A stretch of 15,199 nt of DNA from NCBI GenBank assembly GCA_043804515.1, contig JAZDIZ010000050.1, positions 1-15,199 of the forward strand, given 5' to 3'. Shown here one piece after another: positions 7,130 through 15,199 of this stretch. The notes beneath the pieces are model-generated. The model ran no database searches. It was not told where the DNA came from and worked only from the letters and a program-made list of their open reading frames with translations. Within the stretch, counting starts at the first letter, position 1. Each line of letters opens with the position of its first letter. Source of the DNA: Pseudomonadota bacterium. GTDB taxonomy: Bacteria; Bdellovibrionota_G; JALEGL01; DATDPG01. Made by a program: the position numbers and the translations under genes.

Positions 7130-7473
7130 TGCAGGATGCGCTCGACGGATTCCTCTTCCGTGCCTTCCAGCAACTGGAAATAACCGTAGATCATGGCCTG
7201 TTGGAGTTCCCCGGGAAGTGTCCGGATGAACCGGCGTTTCTCCTCGAATGAAGGAAATTGGAACGTCTGGTTCAGCGCCCCGTTGATCTCTTCGAGCTTG
7301 GATTGGAAGAGAACGGAAAGCTCGGCGGAATCGCGCGCAAACGTGCCGCGGATCGTCTCGGAGTCGAAAAGGAGATGGTTCCCTTTTCTCCCCTCCGAGA
7401 GGACGAACTGGAATTTCGCCAGTTCGTGCAGCGTCTTTTCCAACGTCAACTTCTGTGAGCCCGTATCCGCCAT
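7126..7473 (-). CDS. Hypothetical protein (115 aa)
   Basis: Follows accD in the same orientation with an AAGG SD-like sequence. Protein-like helical sequence. Shares a TTAA stop overlap with the convergent coaE. Confidence 0.7.
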   Translation of the reverse strand: MADTGSQKLTLEKTLHELAKFQFVLSEGRKGNHLLFDSETIRGTFARDSAELSVLFQSKLEEINGALNQTFQFPSFEEKRRFIRTLPGELQQAMIYGYFQLLEGTEEESVERILH

Positions 7474-7503
7474 ACCTTCAATCTAGACACGTACCCGCGT
7501 TCG

Positions 7504-8373
7504 TCAAGATGGGGACGAAATCGGCGGTTTCTTGGCCATCATGCTTAGGATTCTGTAAATCGTCTCCTTCATTTCGGAGCGCGGGACGATCCGATCCACC
7601 ATGCCGTGTTCGAGGAGAAACTCCGCGTGCTGGAATCCCTCAGGGAGGGTCTCCCTCAGCGTTTGCTCGATCACGCGGGGGCCCGCGAACCCGATCAGCG
7701 CGTTCGGCTCCGCCAGAATGATATCCCCCTGCATCGCGCACGAGGCGGCTGTGCCTCCGGTCGTCGGATCGCACAGGTAAGCCACGTACGGGACGCCCAT
7801 TTTCCTCAGCCGCGCCAGAGCAGCCGAACTCTTCGCCATCTGCATGAGCGAAAGGATTCCCTCTTGCATCCGGGCCCCGCCGCTGGACGTGATCACAAGG
7901 CAGGGGAGTTTTTCGGCCGCACACAGCTCGAACGTTCGGGTCAGCTTCTCCCCCACGACGGAGCCCATGCTGCCTCCCATGTATTCGAATGCAAAGACCC
8001 CCACGATGATCTCGAGATCCTTGATCATCCCCTTCCCGTAGATGTAGGCCTCCCGTTCCCCTCCGGGTTTCGCAAGCGCTTTCACCCGATCGCGGTACTT
8101 CTTCGAGTCTTTGAATTCCAGCGGATCGCGCGGGACCATGTTCGCGTCGTATTCCGCGAAGCTGCCCGGCTCCAGAAGGATGGCGAGCCTCTCTCGAGCC
8201 GGGATCCGAAAGTGACTCTGGCACTTTGGGCAGACCGAGAGATTCTTCTGGAGATCCTCGTGAAAGACGATCTCACCGCATTTCGCGCACTTCACCCAGA
8301 GCCCTTCGGGGAAGCTTCCCTTCTCGCTGGAGGGAGAAACCTTCGGAGCCTTGAGTTTTTCGATCCACGACAT
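7504..8373 (-). CDS. accD: Acetyl-CoA carboxylase carboxyltransferase beta subunit
   Basis: PEGLWVKCAKC...CPKC zinc ribbon, MGGSMGSVVGEK, SGGARMQEG, PTTGG, IGFAGPRVIEQT. Confidence 0.97.
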   Translation of the reverse strand: MSWIEKLKAPKVSPSSEKGSFPEGLWVKCAKCGEIVFHEDLQKNLSVCPKCQSHFRIPARERLAILLEPGSFAEYDANMVPRDPLEFKDSKKYRDRVKALAKPGGEREAYIYGKGMIKDLEIIVGVFAFEYMGGSMGSVVGEKLTRTFELCAAEKLPCLVITSSGGARMQEGILSLMQMAKSSAALARLRKMGVPYVAYLCDPTTGGTAASCAMQGDIILAEPNALIGFAGPRVIEQTLRETLPEGFQHAEFLLEHGMVDRIVPRSEMKETIYRILSMMAKKPPISSPS

Positions 8374-8382
8374 CTGGTCCCC

Positions 8383-9150
8383 CTAAAATTCGATCTTCAT
8401 CCCGGGTTCAAGGATCCGGACCCGGGGATCCCCCAATCCAAGGATTTCCTTCCTCGTCTCTTTCTCATACGGCGCTTTCATGTGATACGCGAAAATCGGA
8501 ACCTTAAAGCCACCGATCTTCTCCAGTTCCTTTCGGAACAGATCCGGCGTCAGATGTCCGCTCGCCTGCGCCACTTTATCAAAGCGGTTCGGAAAGGAAG
8601 CCTCCAGAAGGATCGCCCTCATCTTCCCTTGCCGTTTCTTCGTTTCCGACCACATTTCCTCCGTCGGCCCCGTGTCGGAGCTGTACAGGACGGACCCCTC
8701 CGGCGTGGAGAAAAACAACGCCGCGCTTCCGGCGACGTGGTTTGTCGGTACGGCGAACACGTCGAAACCTTTCATCCGGACCGGCGTCCGAACGGAAAAC
8801 GGTTCGTATTTGAGGGTGCCCTCATTTGAATCGGGAAGAGCCGCGAAATCCGCCCAGACCCGGCCGTTCAGAAGATGCTCCTGCACGTTGTGGAGCGTTT
8901 CGGCGGTCCCGCGCACGCGCACCGGTTTCGAGATCAACTCAAGAACGTTCTCGAGGAAAAAAGCCAAATCTTTCGTGTGGTCCAGGTGAGCGTGGCTCAA
9001 AAAAATATCGGAGATCCCGCATTGCTCCTCGAGCGACAGGTGCGAGGCAGCCGATCCCATGTCGGCCAACGTCGTCGGCCCCACGAGAAAACTGCAGGGA
9101 TGACGGTCCCCGCATTCGCTCCCCGAGCAACCCAGGACTTGGAAAATCAT
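8383..9150 (-). CDS. MBL-fold metallo-hydrolase, likely class II 3',5'-cyclic-nucleotide phosphodiesterase
   Basis: VLGCSG start, HAHLDH (HxHxDH) motif, SSDTGPT, LEASFPN, SGHLTP and YHMK, typical of class II cAMP phosphodiesterase-like proteins. Confidence 0.85.
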   Translation of the reverse strand: MIFQVLGCSGSECGDRHPCSFLVGPTTLADMGSAASHLSLEEQCGISDIFLSHAHLDHTKDLAFFLENVLELISKPVRVRGTAETLHNVQEHLLNGRVWADFAALPDSNEGTLKYEPFSVRTPVRMKGFDVFAVPTNHVAGSAALFFSTPEGSVLYSSDTGPTEEMWSETKKRQGKMRAILLEASFPNRFDKVAQASGHLTPDLFRKELEKIGGFKVPIFAYHMKAPYEKETRKEILGLGDPRVRILEPGMKIEF

Positions 9151-10430
9151 TCCTTTGCCCGCTCTCTTCCGCCTTCGTGGACCCTCTCGATGTCCGCCCC
9201 GACCGCCCTCAATTTGGCGTCCATGTTCTCATAGCCCCTGTCCAAATGATAGATCCGCAGGACCTCGGTCGTCCCCTCGGCGGCCAATCCGGCGAGTACC
9301 AACGACGCGCTCGCGCGAAGATCGGTCGCCATCACCGGAGCGCCCGCAAGCCGATCCACACCGACGACCGTTACGGACGCGTTTTCGACTCTGAGATTCG
9401 CGCCCAGTCGGATCAGCTCCGCCACATGCATGAAGCGGTTTTCAAAAATGGTTTCCGAGACCACGCTCGTTCCGCGCGCCAAGCAAAGCAGGACCGTGAG
9501 TTGCGCCTGCATATCGGTCGGGAAGCCGGGATGCGGCGCGGTCTGAATGGACGTGGGCAGAAGGGGCCTGTGTCCGATGACGCGGATTCCGGAAGTATCC
9601 GTCTTCACCTCCGCGCCGATTTCGCGCAGTTTTCCGATCACCGCTTGAAGGTCATTTGCCCGGCCGTTTCTCAGGTACAAATCCCCTTCGGTCAGGGCCG
9701 ACGCCACCATATAGGTTCCCGTTTCGATCCGGTCGGGAATCAGCGAGGCGTTGAATCCCCGGAGCTTCTTAACCCCTCCGATCCGGACTTCCGGCGTTCC
9801 GGCACCGCTCACTTGAGCTCCCATCTCCGCCAGCAGCTCCGCACTCGCCGCTACTTCGGGCTCGCAGGCGCAGTTCTTGAGTTTCGTCTCCCCCTCGGCC
9901 AACGAAGCCGCAAACATGGCGTTCACCGTGCCCGTCACGGTCACCTGGTCGAATACATACGTCGTGCCCACCAACTGTCGGGCCTCGGCTTCCACGTACC
10001 CGTCCTTGAGTTGGATCCGGGCGCCGAGAGCCTGGAATGCCTTCAGGTGCTGATCGATGGGCCGAACGCCGATCGCGCATCCTCCGGGAAGCGAAACGCG
10101 CGCAAAGCCGAAGCGCGCCAGAAGCGGCCCGAGGAGCAGCACCGAAGCGCGCATTTTCCTCACGAAATCATAGGGGGCTTCCGCACCCGTCAATTGCTCC
10201 ACCCGGATCTCGATTTCATGATCCAGGCGGCGGATCCTCCCGCCCAGGACCTTCAAAACATCGCACATCGTATCGACGTCTTTGAGATGCGGGACGTTGG
10301 TCAGCCGGCACGGGTCGGAGGTCAGAAGGGATGCCGCCAGGAAGGGCAGCGCCGCATTCTTCGCGCCGCCGATCGGCACCTCGCCTTTCAGCATGCGGCC
10401 CCCATGGATTCGGATTCTATCCAACGCCAC
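9147..10430 (-). CDS. murA: UDP-N-acetylglucosamine 1-carboxyvinyltransferase
   Basis: [23 protein letters not shown] (catalytic Cys), [32 protein letters not shown]. Confidence 0.98.
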   Translation of the reverse strand: MALDRIRIHGGRMLKGEVPIGGAKNAALPFLAASLLTSDPCRLTNVPHLKDVDTMCDVLKVLGGRIRRLDHEIEIRVEQLTGAEAPYDFVRKMRASVLLLGPLLARFGFARVSLPGGCAIGVRPIDQHLKAFQALGARIQLKDGYVEAEARQLVGTTYVFDQVTVTGTVNAMFAASLAEGETKLKNCACEPEVAASAELLAEMGAQVSGAGTPEVRIGGVKKLRGFNASLIPDRIETGTYMVASALTEGDLYLRNGRANDLQAVIGKLREIGAEVKTDTSGIRVIGHRPLLPTSIQTAPHPGFPTDMQAQLTVLLCLARGTSVVSETIFENRFMHVAELIRLGANLRVENASVTVVGVDRLAGAPVMATDLRASASLVLAGLAAEGTTEVLRIYHLDRGYENMDAKLRAVGADIERVHEGGRERAKE

Positions 10431-11301
10431 GGCCCTCTCCCGATTCCCGAAGAGCCCGGATCACGCGGGGAATTCCCGCAAGATCCGAGCGGACCCGGTC
10501 CGAGCGGAATCCGGATTCCGCCAAGAGGCGCACGACCTCATCCCTCTGGCCGAGCCCGATTTCCAGGAACAGCGCGCCCGAACCGATCTTGTCGGCGGCT
10601 TGCAGGACCAGATTCGCGATTTTTGCGAGCCCACCCCGACCGCCGTCCAGGGCGATTCGGGGCTCGTAATTCCGAATATCCACCGGCAATCCTTCATAGC
10701 CTTCCGCCGGAATGTACGGGAGGTTCGCAGCCACGACGTCCCACGGCCCCGCCAACCCCGCCATCAAATCGCTTTCGATCCACTCGATCTCCACCGAATG
10801 CGTGGCGGCGTTTTCCCTCGCCGTCTCCAACGCTTCCCGGCTCACGTCCACGCCGGTCACCGACGCGTTCGGAAGTTGTTTCTTGAGCGCGATCGCAATG
10901 GCACCCGATCCCGTCCCCACGTCGCAGATCTTCACCGCCTCCATCCGGCGTTCGCGAACGTAGTCCAGAATCTCGTCCACCAGGATCTCCGTTTCGGGAC
11001 GGGGGATCAGAACGCTCGGATCCACCTTGAACGAAAGGGAATAAAATTCCTTCCGTCCCAGGATGTAAGCAACGGGTTTGCCGGCTCTCCGTTGCTCCAC
11101 GTACGAGCGGAATTGCTTCCTCTCCGCTTCATTGACCGGCCGGTCGTATCGCATAAAGAGGCCGACGCGGTCCGTCCCCAATACGCGGGAAAGGAGCAGT
11201 TCGGCGGCCAGCCTGGCGTCGCTCATTCCCTTGGATTGGAAGTCGGAAGCGGCCCAGGAAAGAAGCTGCTCCGTGGTCCAATGTGAGATCTCAGAGGCCA
11301 T
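10417..11301 (-). CDS. prmC: Release factor glutamine methyltransferase
   Basis: PVAYILG, VLIPRPETE, SAM-binding DVGTGSGAIA, NLPY (variant of NPPY), EPRIALDGG; directly downstream of prfA. Confidence 0.96.
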   Translation of the reverse strand: MASEISHWTTEQLLSWAASDFQSKGMSDARLAAELLLSRVLGTDRVGLFMRYDRPVNEAERKQFRSYVEQRRAGKPVAYILGRKEFYSLSFKVDPSVLIPRPETEILVDEILDYVRERRMEAVKICDVGTGSGAIAIALKKQLPNASVTGVDVSREALETARENAATHSVEIEWIESDLMAGLAGPWDVVAANLPYIPAEGYEGLPVDIRNYEPRIALDGGRGGLAKIANLVLQAADKIGSGALFLEIGLGQRDEVVRLLAESGFRSDRVRSDLAGIPRVIRALRESGEGRGVG

Positions 11302-12376
11302 CCGCGCCGGAGCCCGGGCCTCCTTTGAGCATCTCGGTTTGATAGTAGTGACGCAAGGCGTTCACGATCTCTTCCAGGGCGCCGTCCATGACCGAATCCA
11401 ACTTGTGGAGCGTCAGGCTGATGCGGTGATCCGTCACGCGATTCTGCGGAAAATTGTACGTACGAATGCGCTCGCTCCGGTCCCCCGATCCCACCATCGA
11501 TTTCCTCTGGGAGGCGATTTCCGCGTTCTGCTTCCTCGTCTTGGCTTCCAAGAGCCGGGCACGCAAAACACCGAGCGCTTTGGCTTTGTTCTTGTGCTGG
11601 GATTTTTCATCCTGGCAATACACCACCAGGCCGCTCGGGATGTGCGTGATCCGGACTGCGGAATCGGTCGTGTTCACGCTTTGGCCTCCGGGACCTCCGG
11701 CCCTCATCACGTCGACCTGCAGGTCTTTGTCGTCGATCTTGACCTCGACCTCTTCCGCTTCCGGAAGGACGGCCACGGTCGCCGCGGAGGTGTGAATCCG
11801 GCCCGACTGCTCGGTGACGGGCACCCTCTGCACGCGGTGCACGCCTCCTTCGTATTTGAGATGGCTGTAGACGTTCCGGCCTTTGAGAAGGACAACGGCT
11901 TCCTTGATCCCTTTGAGCCCCGTCTCGCTCTTCGTGATCAGTTCGGATTGCCAGCCTTGGCGCTCGGCAAAGCGGAGGTAGACCCTCAAGAGATCGGCGG
12001 CGAAGAGAGAAGCCTCGTCGCCTCCCGTCCCGGCTCGGATCTCCACGAAGACGTTTTTGCCGTCGTTGGGATCCTTGGGTAGGAGCAAGACTTGAAGGTG
12101 CTGCTCCAGCGCGGATTTTTTCGCCTCCAAGTCGGCCAGCTCCGCTTTCGCCAGAGCGGCGACCTCCGGATCGCGCTCTTTGGCCAGTTCATGGCTCTCC
12201 GCGAGTTCGCGTGCCACCCTTTTATATGCGCGGTAGCTCTCCACGATCTCTTTCAAATCGGAATACTCTTTCGACAGTTTTTGAGACTGATCCTGGCGTG
12301 CGAGGACCTTCGGGTCGGAGAGCTGGACGGCCAGTTCCTCGAACCGGCGTTCCACCTCATCCAGACGTGAAAACAT
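11291..12376 (-). CDS. prfA: Peptide chain release factor 1
   Basis: GGQ motif, RF1-specific PxT (RVPVTE), EIRAGTGGDEA, GSGDRSERIRTYNFPQ. Confidence 0.98.
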   Translation of the reverse strand: MFSRLDEVERRFEELAVQLSDPKVLARQDQSQKLSKEYSDLKEIVESYRAYKRVARELAESHELAKERDPEVAALAKAELADLEAKKSALEQHLQVLLLPKDPNDGKNVFVEIRAGTGGDEASLFAADLLRVYLRFAERQGWQSELITKSETGLKGIKEAVVLLKGRNVYSHLKYEGGVHRVQRVPVTEQSGRIHTSAATVAVLPEAEEVEVKIDDKDLQVDVMRAGGPGGQSVNTTDSAVRITHIPSGLVVYCQDEKSQHKNKAKALGVLRARLLEAKTRKQNAEIASQRKSMVGSGDRSERIRTYNFPQNRVTDHRISLTLHKLDSVMDGALEEIVNALRHYYQTEMLKGGPGSGADGL

Positions 12377-12409
12377 GGTTAAATGAGCCGGGGGCGGGAA
12401 AAACGCCGG

Positions 12410-12631
12410 CTATTTCGCGGCCGTCTTCTCCGTGAGCTTCGCGTACTTCCTCCGGAACCGGTCGATTCGGCCGGCCGTATCGACCAGCTTCTGGGTTCCA
12501 GTGAAGAACGGGTGGCACTGGGAGCAGATTTCCACGCGGATGTCTTTTTTCGTGGAACGGGTGTGGATCACGTTGCCGCACGCGCATGCGATCGTCGTTT
12601 CCACGTAGTTGGGATGAATCCCTGGCTTCAT
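12410..12631 (-). CDS. rpmE: 50S ribosomal protein L31 (zinc-binding type A)
   Basis: [13 protein letters not shown]...[27 protein letters not shown] at 12646-12641. Confidence 0.98.
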   Translation of the reverse strand: MKPGIHPNYVETTIACACGNVIHTRSTKKDIRVEICSQCHPFFTGTQKLVDTAGRIDRFRRKYAKLTEKTAAK

Positions 12632-12657
12632 AATAAAAGGCTCCTTAAAGGCCGCGC

Positions 12658-12686
12658 CTTATAGCACAGGCGCCGATTACGTACAA
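12658..12686 (-). promoter_or_regulatory. Putative sigma70 promoter of the rpmE-prfA operon
   Basis: Minus strand TTGTAC (12686-12681), 17-nt spacer ending TGc (extended -10), TATAAG (12663-12658). Confidence 0.65.
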
Positions 12687-12738
12687 CTCGACAAAACTCT
12701 AGCCATTTCAGATGGTTCATGGAAATACAATCGGTCGA

Positions 12739-14124
12739 ATGGCGGACAAAAATCTGGCCACACTGTTCCAAAACCGAGCCTATCGGTTTTCGGATCGGCC
12801 GTGGATCCTCCATAAACAGGGAGCGACGTGGCTTTCACTCACCTGGGAGGAGACCGCCCGGAAGGTGGAGGCCGCCGGCCGGGGCTTGATCGTGCTCGGC
12901 ATCGAACCCGGCGACCGAATCGCCATCTTCGCGAGGAACGGCCCTGAATGGGTCGTCGCGGACCTGGCCCTTCTTTCCATCGGTGCGGTCCTGGTGCCCC
13001 TCGACCCCGGTTTCGCTGCCGCTCAGGTGCGATACATTCTCGGGCATTCGGAAGCGAAGGCGGTGTTCGTCTCGCCGGGAGAAACGGAGCTGACTGTTGA
13101 AAGCCTCCAGGGTGAGCTGCCGAGCTTGAGGCACATCCTCCTGCTGGCCGGTTCCGATTCCCTCGCGCCATCACCCTCCAAACTTACGCTTCACGGCCTC
13201 GAGAAGATGGGGGAAGGGGTTCCTGCGGTCCGCTTTTACGATGTCCTGGAAAAAGTGGACGGCGAAAGCGTGTCTTCGCTGATCTACACGTCCGGCACCA
13301 CCGGCAATCCGAAAGGCGCGATGTTGACACATGCGAACATTGTTTCGAACTGCATCGCGGCCGCTGAGGTCCTTTCGCTATGCGAGACCGATTCGTGCCT
13401 ATCGGTCCTGCCCCTTAGCCGGCCTTTGGAGCACACCGTGGGGTTTTTCGCCATGCTCCATACGGGAGCCCGCATCGCCTACGGCGACGGCGGAGCACAA
13501 CTCATGTCGGACCTCAGCAAGGCTAAGCCCACGGTCCTCATCAGCATTCCTCGCGTCTTGGAGACGATCCGCAGCGAGATCCTCTCCACGTTCGAAGGAA
13601 AGCCGAAATGGGTCCGATACTTCTTTCAAAAGGCCACGGGTCATCCTGCGGGTGTGCCGACACGGCCGCATTCCCGCACGCTCGAAAGAATCCATGACCG
13701 GGCATTCTTCCGCCGAATTCGAGGTCAGCTCGGAGGCTGCTTACGGTTCATCGTCTGCGGCGGGTCTCCTCTTGACCCGGGCACCGCGCGGTTTTTCGGG
13801 GCCCTCCGTCTGGACGTCCTGGTGGCATACGGCCTGACGGAAGCGTCCCCGATCGTGAGCCTCAATCTCCCCGCGCACCACAAATCGGGAACCTCCGGTC
13901 TTCCACTCCCCGGCGTTCAGGTCCGGATCGCCCCGGACGGGGAAATCCTCGTGCGGGGGGCGAACATCATGAAGGGGTACTACCGGAATTCCGAGGCAAC
14001 GGGAGCCGCGGTCGACGGCGACGGATTTCTTCGTACGGGGGACGTGGGGCTTCTGGACAGCGAAGGATATCTCACGCTGATGAATCGCAAATCGGACGCC
14101 GCTACGACGCCCGGGCGCGGCTAG
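12739..14124 (+). CDS. Long-chain acyl-CoA synthetase-like AMP-binding protein, C-terminally truncated (possible pseudogene)
   Basis: AMP-binding P-loop IYTSGTTGNPKGAMLTH, YGLTE, GEILVRG.NIMKGYY, LRTGDVG. The protein stops 8 residues after the hinge (NRKSD), so the small C-terminal domain is missing. Confidence 0.85.
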   Translation: MADKNLATLFQNRAYRFSDRPWILHKQGATWLSLTWEETARKVEAAGRGLIVLGIEPGDRIAIFARNGPEWVVADLALLSIGAVLVPLDPGFAAAQVRYILGHSEAKAVFVSPGETELTVESLQGELPSLRHILLLAGSDSLAPSPSKLTLHGLEKMGEGVPAVRFYDVLEKVDGESVSSLIYTSGTTGNPKGAMLTHANIVSNCIAAAEVLSLCETDSCLSVLPLSRPLEHTVGFFAMLHTGARIAYGDGGAQLMSDLSKAKPTVLISIPRVLETIRSEILSTFEGKPKWVRYFFQKATGHPAGVPTRPHSRTLERIHDRAFFRRIRGQLGGCLRFIVCGGSPLDPGTARFFGALRLDVLVAYGLTEASPIVSLNLPAHHKSGTSGLPLPGVQVRIAPDGEILVRGANIMKGYYRNSEATGAAVDGDGFLRTGDVGLLDSEGYLTLMNRKSDAATTPGRG

Positions 14125-14127
14125 ACT

Positions 14128-14161
14128 ATTAAGGCTTAACCCTTAAGGGTTAAGCCTTAAT
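14128..14161. repeat. Perfect 34-bp palindrome ATTAAGGCTTAACCCTTAAGGGTTAAGCCTTAAT
   Basis: The sequence equals its own reverse complement and contains five TTAA units at 7-bp period. It lies between the AMP-binding gene stop and the IS end. Confidence 0.9.
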
Positions 14162-15092
14162 TGTGCATTCTCAGGACGTTGTTCATGTGGAGTTGCAGCC
14201 TTGAGATGGGTGGCACGTTTCCGAGGCTACCATGGGGTCGTTGGTGGTTGTAGATCTGTAACCAGAGTTTGAGGTTTTCGGTTCGTTTGCGAGAGCTTGT
14301 GTACGGTCGGGCGTAGGCCCACTCGCGCAAGAGTGTCTGGATGAATCGTTCGGCTTTTCCGTTGGTTTGGGGACGATACGGACGAGTAAAGCGGTGCTGG
14401 ATTCTGAAGCTTTGGCAAGCTCTCTGAAAGGCATGTGAGATGTATCCTCGGCCGTTATCGGTCAAGACGCGTCGGATGCGGATGCCGTAACGCCGGAAGA
14501 AGGCTAGAGCCCGAAGAAGAAACAAGGCCATCGATGGACCGCGTTCATCCGAGAGGATCTCAACGTAGGCCAAACGGGTAAAATCGTCGATGGCGACGTG
14601 AGCGAACTCCCAGCCAACTCCACGTTGTCGCTGGCTGAGGTCTCCATGGATGCGATGACCGACTCCCCGGATCCGGGCCAGCTTCTTGGTATCCAGATGG
14701 AGCAAACTACCCGGGAAGGTGTGCTCGTAGCGGATCACAGGCTCAGGCGGTTCGAGATTTTTGAGGCGAGCCAGGCCGTTTTTTCGAAGCACACGGGCCA
14801 CGGTGGCCCGAGCCAGGCCTAAGCGCTGGCCGATTTGTGACCCCGCCATGCGGGATCGGCGAAGCGTAAGGATCAGGTTTTCGCGTTCGGTCCCAATCCA
14901 TTGGGGGAATCGCCGAGGACGGCTCGATCGATCGTGAAGCTCATCGGAACGCGACAGCCACTTATAGGCCGTTCGAACGCTGACGCCGGCCGCCATGGCG
15001 GCCTGTTCCACCGACCAATGCTCCTGGCGGATTCTCCGGATCAAAAGGGCTCGACTAAACGGACTTAACCGGGCAGAACGATGAAGGTTCAT
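14157..15092 (-). CDS. IS481-family DDE transposase
   Basis: N-terminal MNLHRSARLSP and HTH regions, integrase-core motifs LHLDTKK, AIDDFTR, LTDNG, PQTNGKAERF, YNHQRPH. SD AAGGAG upstream. Confidence 0.95.
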   Translation of the reverse strand: MNLHRSARLSPFSRALLIRRIRQEHWSVEQAAMAAGVSVRTAYKWLSRSDELHDRSSRPRRFPQWIGTERENLILTLRRSRMAGSQIGQRLGLARATVARVLRKNGLARLKNLEPPEPVIRYEHTFPGSLLHLDTKKLARIRGVGHRIHGDLSQRQRGVGWEFAHVAIDDFTRLAYVEILSDERGPSMALFLLRALAFFRRYGIRIRRVLTDNGRGYISHAFQRACQSFRIQHRFTRPYRPQTNGKAERFIQTLLREWAYARPYTSSRKRTENLKLWLQIYNHQRPHGSLGNVPPISRLQLHMNNVLRMHN

Positions 15093-15199
15093 CTGGGTCT
15101 CCTTTTTGGGCGTTTATGTTTTCGCGAACGTGATAATTGCCCTAACAGGGACCCCAGGTGAACCTTTTGATTTACTGAATAACGTCCTGACTCTTCACA
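14162..15199 (-). mobile_element. IS481-family insertion sequence (1038 bp, apparently complete)
   Basis: TGT...ACA ends. Imperfect terminal inverted repeats TGTGCATTCTCAGGACGTTGTTCA (14162-14185) and TGTGAAGAGTCAGGACGTTATTCA (reverse complement of 15176-15199), 19/24 identical. Single transposase ORF. Confidence 0.93.

Noticed and set aside
8826..10886. Long antisense ORFs (686 aa here; also 7606-8829, 11078-12082, 5100-6053, 3224-4009)
   Set aside because: Shadow frames of well-identified genes in GC-rich DNA, with low-complexity Arg/Pro-rich translations.
12385..12410. GCCGG/CCGGC hairpin between rpmE and prfA as a terminator
   Set aside because: Short stem, large loop and no real U-tract; at most a pause or processing site.
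1..15199. CRISPR array or cas genes associated with the HNH nuclease
   Set aside because: No regularly spaced direct repeats were seen, and the HNH protein is only 203 aa with no RuvC motifs, so it is not Cas9 or IscB.

Overview
A GC-rich bacterial window whose gene set suggests a deltaproteobacterial-type (Myxococcota/Bdellovibrionota-like) organism; this is an inference from the proteins. Most of it is housekeeping. On the minus strand are a TsaP-like LysM protein, cpoB/ybgF, pgeF, an 88-aa hypothetical and an HNH endonuclease. On the plus strand are squalene-hopene cyclase and coaE. A minus-strand operon runs rpmE-prfA-prmC-murA-class II cAMP phosphodiesterase-accD-hypothetical. A C-terminally truncated acyl-CoA synthetase follows, then a complete IS481-family element that ends exactly at the window end. 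The most striking unexplained signal lies upstream of the HNH gene: a sigma70-type promoter, then a ~143-nt rod-like hairpin whose G-U pairs favour the transcribed minus strand, then a U-rich tract and a short ORF or structured leader coupled to the HNH start. The second is a perfect 34-bp (TTAA-NNN)n palindrome that is the IS481 insertion site; a near-copy of its half-site sits at the very start of the window.
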